Origin: Candidatus Sumerlaeaceae bacterium
GTDB taxonomy: Bacteria > Sumerlaeota > Sumerlaeia > Sumerlaeales > Sumerlaeaceae
Assembly (NCBI GenBank): GCA_049968255.1
Contig: JBMFRB010000005.1
Coordinates: 5,822-69,821 of the forward strand
Length of the DNA: 64,000 nucleotides
Reading direction: 5' to 3'
A model generated the notes under the pieces. The model was not told the origin of the DNA. It searched no databases and was given only the letters and a program-made list of their open reading frames with translations. Shown one piece after another: positions 39,101-46,701 of this stretch (the stretch's first letter is position 1; each line of letters begins with the position of its first letter). The translations under genes and the position numbers were made by a program.

Positions 39101-39844
39101 GATTGCTTGGCCACAAAGGATAATCGCCTGTTTGTAGTCGCGGTCTTTTTCAATTTTCTTGGTGATGTTGTCGATGTTTTCGCGGGTGCGCACGATAGCT
39201 TGCGGTTGATATTTTTCCGCTTCGGCCAATTCGAGCTCCTTGAGTTTACCCTTCAGCTCATCGAGCTTGTTGATCGCGGCGTTCTTCAAATGGGCCAGGA
39301 GTTGGTCCACTGCGACAAGTGTCTCGCGCGAAGCTTTGATAGAGTCTTCGTATTTTTGTTTTTGATATTTTTCACTTGCCGTCTGGAGGCTAGTTTCGGC
39401 CTTTTTGAATAGGTCGGGGTTTTCCTTGTCACCATCGTTGATGCGGGCAACTTCAACGGCTCGGCGCGCTTCTTGGAGAACTTGATCAGCATAGCGCGTG
39501 CGCGCATTATCGATGGCTTGCTTTGACTGGCGCACAGCTTCTTGTGCGGAGGAAAGCGCCTGAGAAAAACTCTGCCCAGTAAGGGCCTGCTGAGCTGCTT
39601 TTATGGCATTTTCGGCGGCTTCCAGAGCCCCTTTGCTCTCGTCGAATTTGTCAGCATTCCATTCGCGCGCTTGCTGCACATTGGCCGTTGCTTTCTTGAG
39701 GGAAAGCTCAGCGCGCTGTTTACTACAACCCGTTATTCCTAAAACCATTAGGATTGCGACACACCAGAGGGCCGCTTTTCGCCACCTAACGAATCCTTTC
39801 GTCACGTTGCCCGTCCTCATTTGTTTCATCACGTCAGACCTCAT
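36134..39844 (-). CDS. Giant lipoprotein built of ~70-75 aa helical (DUF4398-like) repeats
   Basis: Lipobox ITG|C. Recurrent turn motif (ADKFD, AEKYQP, AIIYAP, VDTYLP, GAREYAA, GAIMFAP, GAENYMA). Central Pro/Ser/Thr-rich linker. Start uncertain (39820-39871). Confidence 0.75.
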   Translation of the reverse strand: MRSDVMKQMRTGNVTKGFVRWRKAALWCVAILMVLGITGCSKQRAELSLKKATANVQQAREWNADKFDESKGALEAAENAIKAAQQALTGQSFSQALSSAQEAVRQSKQAIDNARTRYADQVLQEARRAVEVARINDGDKENPDLFKKAETSLQTASEKYQKQKYEDSIKASRETLVAVDQLLAHLKNAAINKLDELKGKLKELELAEAEKYQPQAIVRTRENIDNITKKIEKDRDYKQAIILCGQAITDAENGIIETKKTKAQAELRYLESKIAEARADEAIIYAPDRLQAAETSFQSLMVNYVNNQFDTVLNTIPQLKPQIEDLVTVTRIEATKDKIASVEKAIKTLRDEAVDTYLPGRVEVMEQLLKEARDLFNNNDFDTAKEKASQGLIENDRIVAAFDQLAEKHILDAQQAWETCSRTLDKMDSFFQAQPKSAVVDQRLEVRRQTEAENLASQRDAAALKVRDAKSARSERRFKRAVELAQEAKQISDQVVSRTFRIVAEHALIAVQDELSDLERKGAREYAAQGLSQVQQLVEETQQLLSQDKNRQAAELTAKARAYLENVKQLLAERAHEEQKRTEELLRRIEGSAPRVPSVVTVKNDSPGGGEGNDKFAHEEASELLPKPFVIAQLAQQNIMAGPDSSPSLPLSNERMPAGTIMKSDTPVVDSNLAGKTGAPTGATVGTRPVPVSSGTAPKAEGTLRGDPFVAANSNPANSSSPTMAPANDSAEGIRVALEQMLQDERRLRDIRKYQPGAIAEARRKLQESSDALITQDYLKSLEAAKEAQRILLAAETNAARAAAKANLKSAADRINLAEAAGAIMFAPAQLTEAIALYEQAEKLLANGQYREARDVSEQALTAADDARLYNVRKAQDLAALSVQYGGWKAAHPLLVEAEQNAAVAEELLGSAETAAQGQELAKEAVKLAQMALDHSRDYTFQERLDNIYRALNQALRAGANYFNVEEVKSLIAEIAQARDEYCTRNFDAVEMRLKDIEAGLARVIETTPLVLEQNLQENTARLNALIEAGAENYMAQEVDDVKTLMNRAAVDFRKGDYQSSYVNMKKAIELTDQIENRLQEQVYFDAVSELLAQLDDCFQKFDVVLSHDPTFIKQLIEQPNGLAGAVRLSGKMSPNDFKDAVRDIYLRTIHLKPPKSQEATHEQVILAVKHALVAAENFQKLLILDQVSLRDAYDIIDTAYNQIAQAKKLRGEVQMQMIDPQARTKIIRAEKILNF

Positions 39845-39901
39845 TGAACATCCCTTGGTTAGGGAGGTCAAGTCCTGACTCGCCTCCCGCTCTTTTATTG
39901 C

Positions 39902-40468
39902 TCAGAACAAATTTAAACGCTTCCCCACAACCCAAATTGCTGCGCCAAGAAGAACCACAACGAGAATGTATTTGCCAACTGGTGGTTTCTCTTTTTTCTT
40001 TTTCTTTTTGTCGCCGCCACCGCCACCTTTCAGCTCGGAGATATTGGGTCCGCCGCCGGTTTTTTCCTTGGCTGTCGAAGGACGGTAACCCTCCGCAATG
40101 AACTGCAGAGCGCCCACGGCCTTTGCAAGATGGATAAACACATAATGCCAACTGTTGACGAGCAGCTGGCGATCCATCTTCGGTAGTTCCCGGAGATGCT
40201 GGATGGAGATGGATTGCCGGAGAAGATCGGCCATGCGCTGCTCGCCGAAGGTAAGTCCCGCCACCATCTTGCCTCTGAGCAAGCGCTGCAACCGCTGAAC
40301 TTCGCTTTTGAGGTCGAGAAAGGTTCGTTCGTCCTCTGGTGTAATCGGCTCGTCCGAGGCTGCTTTCACAAAATAAGCTTTGATGCGCAGCCAGATTTCC
40401 AGAAGGGCTTGTGCATCTTTTAGAGCCAATTCTGCCGGTGTAGGTGGTTTTTGTTTTTCTTTAGCCAT
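39902..40468 (-). CDS. Hypothetical protein with C-terminal TM anchor, paralog of 35563..35991
   Basis: GGAG RBS. Shares the IT.EDE..F and WH..FI...KAVG.L motifs, then a Gly/Lys linker and a C-terminal TM helix. Confidence 0.8.
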   Translation of the reverse strand: MAKEKQKPPTPAELALKDAQALLEIWLRIKAYFVKAASDEPITPEDERTFLDLKSEVQRLQRLLRGKMVAGLTFGEQRMADLLRQSISIQHLRELPKMDRQLLVNSWHYVFIHLAKAVGALQFIAEGYRPSTAKEKTGGGPNISELKGGGGGDKKKKKKEKPPVGKYILVVVLLGAAIWVVGKRLNLF

Positions 40469-40542
40469 CCGTCTCCGCTAGCTCTCTTCGAGACCACAGG
40501 TGCTTTTGCGTTATTTGCTCTTTCGGGGGCAATTTCAAACCG

Positions 40543-41691
40543 CTAAACGCCGGGAACTCCCAGCACCTGGTCGCCATTGTAGATATTGGGCGTAGCCTGG
40601 GGCTGCACTTGTCCCGGCTGCTGGCCGGTGGCTCCACTCGCCCGTTTGGGCAAAGGCACGTAACCGGGGGGAAATGGATAACGGGGCAAGGCAGGTGCTT
40701 CGGGGACATAAATTTGGTAGAAGTCGCTTTGCGGGTCGTTCTTGTCAGTGCGGAAAGCCGCAAGAAATTTGTTGTTCCAGTCGCGAAGCAATTCGTCGCG
40801 CTGTTTCTCTTTCTCTAAGATGTTCGGAAACATAGGATTATCCGAGACTGGGTTCAGACTGCAGATGTGGTAGCCGAAGAAGAGCATGGTCGAAGCTTCG
40901 TCAGCGACACGTTGTGCATCAATTTCGAGCCGTTTGCGTCTGTCTGCCTCTGGCTCATAAACAAAGTAGGCTTCCTTGGCTGCTTCTCCAATTGGGGGCC
41001 GATAGAGATTCTCGGCACCGCGAATTGCCGCAATGAGTCGCTTTTTCAAATCATTGCACTCCGGGCCGATATACTTGTCTTTGATTGTCTCGACATTGCC
41101 GCGGATGTCGTCGCCAGCGACGCCGTTGTCATGGATGCCGTCATCGAAGTATTTGTCCTTATCCGTCGCCGGAACGGTGAGGTAGTAGGCATCATCGAGA
41201 AGTGTGCCACACACCGCGCAATAGACCCGACGCCCGACCAGCACTTTGATGGTCGGAATGGGAGTGGGTGTCGCTACCGCACCGGGAGCTGCGGGCGCCA
41301 CCGGTTGCGGAGCTGTGGGGCGCGACAGTCCCGGGATCACATCAGGCGGATTTTGCTCCCCACCTGTGCCCTCCACCCCAGCTGCCACTGCTCCTCCAGG
41401 AGCTGCCGCGGCCGGTGCAGCAGCTCCCAAAGGCGGCGGGGCGGAGAAACCTGCTGCGGGATTGGGCAAAGGCGCGGTCGGAGCCACCCCTGGGCGCATG
41501 TTCGCCGCTTGCACGGCTGCCTGAGCTCGGCCGGTGTAGGTGGCCGGATTCAGGCCGCCACCCGCTGCGCCGGCAGCCAACTGATCCTGCGTGGCCATAG
41601 CGGCACCAAGCTCAACCATTGTTTGGCCGATCACAATTCCACCACAGGCCATTGCACTTACAACTAGCAGGAATAGCTTTGCCTGTTTCAT
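40543..41691 (-). CDS. Secreted hypothetical protein with Pro/Ala linker, CxxC and a DDG..D..AGD (choice-of-anchor X-like) motif
   Basis: Signal peptide, ~110-aa P/A/G-rich stretch, YCAVCG, YFDDGIHDNGVAGDDI. Confidence 0.65.
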   Translation of the reverse strand: MKQAKLFLLVVSAMACGGIVIGQTMVELGAAMATQDQLAAGAAGGGLNPATYTGRAQAAVQAANMRPGVAPTAPLPNPAAGFSAPPPLGAAAPAAAAPGGAVAAGVEGTGGEQNPPDVIPGLSRPTAPQPVAPAAPGAVATPTPIPTIKVLVGRRVYCAVCGTLLDDAYYLTVPATDKDKYFDDGIHDNGVAGDDIRGNVETIKDKYIGPECNDLKKRLIAAIRGAENLYRPPIGEAAKEAYFVYEPEADRRKRLEIDAQRVADEASTMLFFGYHICSLNPVSDNPMFPNILEKEKQRDELLRDWNNKFLAAFRTDKNDPQSDFYQIYVPEAPALPRYPFPPGYVPLPKRASGATGQQPGQVQPQATPNIYNGDQVLGVPGV

Positions 41692-41822
41692 TTTTTGTCG
41701 CTCACTCGCTGCGCGTTCAGTGCAGCACTATAGTATTTCGCTAGCTAGGCCTCGGCAGGAGGCGAGTCAATGCCGTTTTCCTATCTACCAATATCTATTC
41801 AACCACCCATGAATAGCCACAC

Positions 41823-42398
41823 TCAATGGAAAAACGGGTTCGCTTGTGATTCAATTCGAACACTGGTTGGTGGGCCATGCCCTGGATAAATGACCACGGT
41901 GGGGGGCAACGCCAGCACCTTTTGCCGAAGCGCTTCGAGCTGATGGTGCTTTGCGGCTTCATTCGAGGTTCCTCCCACGCTGCCGGCAAAAAGGGCATCC
42001 CCGGAGAAGAGCACTCCGGCCGACGGAACATAAAGCACCATGTGCTCGGCCGTGTGACCTGGCACATGGAATGCCACAGCTCCGACGCTGCCAATCTCTA
42101 ACGGCGTACCATCGGACACGGTCATGGTTTTGCCCGGTGCACATGCCTGGCTCCCGCCGTAGACCTTGGCACCGGGAAACAGTCGGATGTAACTGTCCAC
42201 GGCGCCGTTGTGATCGTAGTGGGCGTGGGTGATGAATATGCCTACTACTCGCAAACGGCTCTGGCGAATCCAATCGATGAGCCGATCTGACATTTCGCCA
42301 ACATCCACCAGCCACGCCACACCTGTTGCTCCATCGCAAGCAACGTAGGTGTTGGCCAATTCGCAGGTCAGCCGAAAATGCCGAACATACAGCCCCAT
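41823..42398 (-). CDS. MBL-fold metallo-hydrolase (glyoxalase II-like)
   Basis: THAHYDH, PGHT, FSGDALF, PGHGP, NPF. Confidence 0.9.
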   Translation of the reverse strand: MGLYVRHFRLTCELANTYVACDGATGVAWLVDVGEMSDRLIDWIRQSRLRVVGIFITHAHYDHNGAVDSYIRLFPGAKVYGGSQACAPGKTMTVSDGTPLEIGSVGAVAFHVPGHTAEHMVLYVPSAGVLFSGDALFAGSVGGTSNEAAKHHQLEALRQKVLALPPTVVIYPGHGPPTSVRIESQANPFFH

Positions 42399-42424
42399 CG
42401 TGGCGCCTCTCCCACTGTTTGCAT

Positions 42425-44230
42425 CTATGTGCGCTCCGCGATAATTTTTTCTACATCTGCCATGTATTGCCGGAGTTTTTCTTCGGCGGCCATGACACGC
42501 GGCAGCACGTCCTCGCGACTTGCAAAGGGAGCGCCTTCGCGATCCGCGAGCATAAAGTAGAATTTGATTTTGGGTTCGGTGCCAGACGGACGAGCCACGA
42601 TTTGACTGCCATTGGCGAGTTCGAAGATCAATACGTTGCTACGCGGCAGGCCTGGCCCGCGTCCACGCTTGCCTGTCGCAAGCTCCAAGCGGCTGTCAGA
42701 ATCAATGTCAGTCATTGCGATCACTTTCACACCAGCAACCTCCGTGGGCGGAGCAGAACGCAATGATTGCATGAGGCGATTGATCTGCTGCATTCCCGCC
42801 ATGCCGGGCATGGTTTTTGAGAGTTGCGTCTCGAGGTAAACACCGTAACGGGCGTAAATATCATGGAGCAAGTCCACAAGGGTCAAACCATTGACTTTGG
42901 CCCACAGCGCCAGCTCAGCCGTCAGGCAAGCAGCCACCACGGAATCTTTGTCCCGCGCATGCGTTCCAGCTAAGTAGCCATAGCTTTCCTCGAAGCCAAA
43001 CAGAAAACGTTTCGATGGCTGTTCCGGCGAGCCGCTTTCCTCATACTGGCGAATGAGGGCACCGATGTATTTGAATCCGGTCAGACAATTCTCGACTTCG
43101 ACGCCGAAGTCTGCGGCAATGGCTTCAACGAGTTTGGTGCTGACAATGGTTTTGATCACCACGCCGTTGGGCGCAAGCGCACCTTGTTCCTTGAGCGTCG
43201 AGCAAATGTACCAGGTCAGAAGCGACCCAAGCTGGTTGCCGGTCAGAAGACGGTACTCACCCTTGTGGCGCACGGCGATGCCCAAGCGATCGGCATCGGG
43301 ATCTGTGGCGAGCACCAGATCGCCATTGCAGCGGGTCGCCAATGCCAGGGCCAGCTCCATCGCTGCTTTTTCTTCGGGATTTGGCGATTTCGTGGTCGGG
43401 AAGTCGCCGTTGGGCTCAGCCTGCTCTTCCACCATATGCAAGTCGAAGAATCCCCACCTGCGCAGGGCATCGGGCACAAGCTTGATACCGGTGCCATGCA
43501 ATGGCGTGTAAACAATACGCAGTTCGCCGCCGCGCTCGAAGGTGAGCTCTTTGCGCAGCCGCACCGCTTCGAGAGCTTCAAGGTAGAGGCGATCAACCGT
43601 GCCACCGATGATGTGGATTTCATCCTTTTGTACGGCTTTCTCGTAATCGGCCAGCTTGACCTGCGTCATCGAGGTAACATTGCGGACTTCCTCGATAATG
43701 GCGCGATCATGAGGTGGTACGACTTGTGCACCATCGCTCCAGTAGACTTTGTAACCATTGTATTCCTTGGGATTGTGACTCGCCGTAATCACAATTCCGG
43801 CCTTGGCCTTGAAATGCCGCACTGCAAAGGAGAGTTCTGGCGTAGGTCGAACATCTTCGAACAGATAGGCTTTTAGGCCATTGCCGGCAATGACGCGGGC
43901 AGCTTCGCGGGCAAATTCGGCACTGCGATGGCGGGAATCGTAGGCGATGCAAACACCGGCTGGTAGGCCACATTGTTTAAGAATGTAATTGACGAGCCCT
44001 TGAGTGGCCCGAGCCACAATCACACGATTCATGCGGTTCGTGCCTGCGCCCATGATTCCGCGCAAACCGCCAGTCCCAAAGTCGAGCTCCTGATAGAAGG
44101 CGTCGGCGACCGCAGTAACATCACCTTTTTCTAGGGCGTCGAGGAGAAGCTCGACAGTCTCGCGCACCGTTTCGGCATCGGCACCCTTCACAAATTCTCG
44201 GACTTTTACGGAAATCTCCTTATCTAACAT
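42425..44230 (-). CDS. pgm: Phosphoglucomutase / phosphomannomutase
   Basis: FGTGGLRG, ITASHNP, DPDADR, FEESYG, RPSGTEPKIKFY. AGGAGG RBS. Confidence 0.93.
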   Translation of the reverse strand: MLDKEISVKVREFVKGADAETVRETVELLLDALEKGDVTAVADAFYQELDFGTGGLRGIMGAGTNRMNRVIVARATQGLVNYILKQCGLPAGVCIAYDSRHRSAEFAREAARVIAGNGLKAYLFEDVRPTPELSFAVRHFKAKAGIVITASHNPKEYNGYKVYWSDGAQVVPPHDRAIIEEVRNVTSMTQVKLADYEKAVQKDEIHIIGGTVDRLYLEALEAVRLRKELTFERGGELRIVYTPLHGTGIKLVPDALRRWGFFDLHMVEEQAEPNGDFPTTKSPNPEEKAAMELALALATRCNGDLVLATDPDADRLGIAVRHKGEYRLLTGNQLGSLLTWYICSTLKEQGALAPNGVVIKTIVSTKLVEAIAADFGVEVENCLTGFKYIGALIRQYEESGSPEQPSKRFLFGFEESYGYLAGTHARDKDSVVAACLTAELALWAKVNGLTLVDLLHDIYARYGVYLETQLSKTMPGMAGMQQINRLMQSLRSAPPTEVAGVKVIAMTDIDSDSRLELATGKRGRGPGLPRSNVLIFELANGSQIVARPSGTEPKIKFYFMLADREGAPFASREDVLPRVMAAEEKLRQYMADVEKIIAERT

Positions 44231-44318
44231 GCTCCCTCCTGAGGACCTGGTGTCGAACACTTGAAGTGCACTACGAATGAGCGGAGTTGTTCAAGCAGAA
44301 GTCGCCGCAGGACAGCAT

Positions 44319-45278
44319 CTAATTTTTCGGTTCAAGAAGCGCAGGGAGGGCTACCAAGGTGAATCCGCGCTCGCGCAAGCGCGCAGCAATCTCAGGCACA
44401 GCGACACGCGTGGCTTTGACGTTGACGTGCATCAAAATGATCGCGCCATCGAGCAAATCGTCCGACTGTGCTAAGGAAGCTTTTGGATTTGTGACTCGAT
44501 CGACAAGAAACTGCGGCGACTTTGGCTCACCATAAGAATCGAGCGAATCAAGGGTCCAGTAAACCGACCGGAAGCCTGCGGCTGCAGCTGCGCGCAAAAC
44601 ATGCGCGTTGCGGTCGCCATAGGGTGGACGCCAATAAGGCCGCGTTGTGCGCCCCGTCAGTGAGGCTATCAGATCATCTGTGTTTTTTAGTTCTTTCTGT
44701 ATCTGCGCGTCGGTGAGCTTGGTGAAATACGGATGAGACCATGAATGGTTGAAGATGGGATAACCGGCGGCTGCGGCACGACAGACCCAGTCGGAATTCC
44801 TTCGGGCAAAGGCGCCCGTGACAAAGAAAGTCGCGGGAATGTGCTCGGCGATAAGGACATCGAGAAGTTCGGGCGCTGATTCGAGCTCGCCCCCAGCATC
44901 AAATGTGAGTGCTAGGGCGCGTTGGCCGCGTGGGCCGCGCCAGATTTCACGAGCCATTTGAACTCGCGGCGAAAAAAACGACGGCGATGTTGTCTCCCGG
45001 GCGAAACAATTTGGGGGCAGCCGGAGCACTTGCCCTTCACGAAGAGTCTGCCAGGTGAGATGGTTTAGCGCGAGAAGCTCGTGGCTTGTCGTGCCACAGA
45101 CCCCAGCAATCGCAGCCAGGGAATCGCTCGCGCCGAAAACATAAGGTCCGGCAAACTCGTGCTGGGCGTGGGCTTGCAGGCTGAACCAGAGAACACAAGG
45201 CACAATCGCGCACACATACGCTACACTGCCTGCGGCTGCACGGGATGAGCCATGCCTCAGTCTGCGCCCTGGCTGCAT
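44319..45278 (-). CDS. LysM-domain polysaccharide (peptidoglycan) deacetylase
   Basis: True start is ATG 45278 (TGATG overlap with the upstream gene). Signal AHA|Q, LysM (DSLAAIA...LLALN...GQVLRLP), CE4 motifs ALTFDAG, NHSWSH, WRPPYG, IILMH. Confidence 0.85.
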   Translation of the reverse strand: MQPGRRLRHGSSRAAAGSVAYVCAIVPCVLWFSLQAHAQHEFAGPYVFGASDSLAAIAGVCGTTSHELLALNHLTWQTLREGQVLRLPPNCFARETTSPSFFSPRVQMAREIWRGPRGQRALALTFDAGGELESAPELLDVLIAEHIPATFFVTGAFARRNSDWVCRAAAAGYPIFNHSWSHPYFTKLTDAQIQKELKNTDDLIASLTGRTTRPYWRPPYGDRNAHVLRAAAAAGFRSVYWTLDSLDSYGEPKSPQFLVDRVTNPKASLAQSDDLLDGAIILMHVNVKATRVAVPEIAARLRERGFTLVALPALLEPKN

Positions 45279-46243
45279 CAGGTCACCTCGATTTCCTTTT
45301 CTGGTGCCAACTCTTGGGTCCGCGCTCGGTCCAGAGTGATGAGCACCACAGCCAACACAATTAAAGCTCCGCCACCAAGCACACGCAAACCTATTGGCTC
45401 GTTGCGAATGGCCCAACCAAGCGCGACAGCAACGAGCGGATTGACGAACGCGTAAGAGGTAGCAAGGGCTGGACGTGTGTGCTCCAGAAGATAGATGTAA
45501 GAGGAGAAACCGATAAGAGAGCCAAAGACGATCAAATAGGCAAGGGCGGCGAGCGACTGCCAGCTCATCTCGCCTAGGCGCAGACGCGCTAGTTCGCCGA
45601 GCAGAAGTCCCGCCAGGCACAGCTCTACACCACCGACAAGCATTTCCAGGCCTATGGTTAAGGATTTCGAGCGCGGCAATTGCGCCCGGCGCGCCTGATG
45701 AGAGCCAATGGCCCAACCCAGTGTTGCCCCTAATGCCGCGAGGGCAGAAAGCAAGTCCACATGGAGTTCTTGAGTCCCGCGCGGCATCATGAGCCAACCA
45801 AGTCCAGCCATTCCCATGACGAGCGCGACCATCGTGAGTGGGCGCGGTGGCCCGTCCGCTCCGGCAAGCCAACCGACAAGCACCATCGACAGTGGTGTGG
45901 CCCCTACAAGCAGCGCGAGCAGGCCGCTTGGCAATTTCTGCGCCGCCCAAACGACGAGGCCGTTGCCTCCGAGGAGCAAAAATGTTCCGACGATAGCAAC
46001 ACTGCGCCATTCGTTGCGCGTTGGCATGGGAGCGCCACGCAGCCATGCATAGGTTGCGAGGATTCCGCCCGCGATCAGCATGCGCACCCCTGCCATGAGC
46101 AGCGGTGGAATCGTCTCGATGGCAATACGGATCGCCAGATAGGTTGAGCCCCAAACGAGGTAGAGCACGATCAGCGCTGTGAGAACCCAAGGTGTGAGCC
46201 CGGACTGGGGGGCAGTGGCTCGTAGGGTCACTTGAGCATCCAT
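45278..46243 (-). CDS. EamA/DMT family transporter (YedA-like)
   Basis: YLVWGSTYLAIR, PPLLMAG.R, GGNGLV, YLIVFGS, SYAFVNP.VAV.LG. About 10 TM helices. Confidence 0.92.
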   Translation of the reverse strand: MDAQVTLRATAPQSGLTPWVLTALIVLYLVWGSTYLAIRIAIETIPPLLMAGVRMLIAGGILATYAWLRGAPMPTRNEWRSVAIVGTFLLLGGNGLVVWAAQKLPSGLLALLVGATPLSMVLVGWLAGADGPPRPLTMVALVMGMAGLGWLMMPRGTQELHVDLLSALAALGATLGWAIGSHQARRAQLPRSKSLTIGLEMLVGGVELCLAGLLLGELARLRLGEMSWQSLAALAYLIVFGSLIGFSSYIYLLEHTRPALATSYAFVNPLVAVALGWAIRNEPIGLRVLGGGALIVLAVVLITLDRARTQELAPEKEIEVT

Positions 46244-46419
46244 AGCGCTGCAGCCAGCGGTGTCACAAACAGCACCCACCCCCACGGCAGCATCTTGATT
46301 GACTTGCCCATCCCCGAAAGAGCTGCCGCGTGGCGAAGTGGCTCTATCCACATCGCCTTGCAAGCTGATATGCGGCGCTGAGTGATTCACCTGTTTTTAT
46401 GCAATATTTCTACCGCGCT

Positions 46420-46446
46420 AAGCGCTCTGTGATTGACAGAGCGCTT
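46420..46446. other. Perfect inverted repeat in the divergent eamA/ileS intergenic region
   Basis: AAGCGCTCTGT-GATTG-ACAGAGCGCTT (11-bp arms). Confidence 0.6.
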
Positions 46447-46701
46447 GAATTTTCCCTCGCAACGCCTAGCGCCCGAAGAGAAAGTGGTTTTTTCTTTCGT
46501 GCGACACGTGCGCTAGTCAGAGGAAAAAAAACATGGGCGCTCTGGCGCTAACAAGTTCTATTGCTGTTGCTGGGCAACTGGTACACATTCCGGCTCGCGC
46601 AAGCTCGTGGGACTTCCCAACCACGTTTTCACGCTGCGACTAGCTCACGCTGCACATTTTTTTGTCGCTTATGTATTATTGCGCGTAATTCTGGGACAAC
46701 C

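Noticed and set aside
45279-46190. N-terminal 304 aa of the 623-aa ORF 44319..46190
   Set aside because: It is an Arg/Ala-rich alternative frame overlapping the EamA gene. The real LysM-deacetylase starts at 45278.
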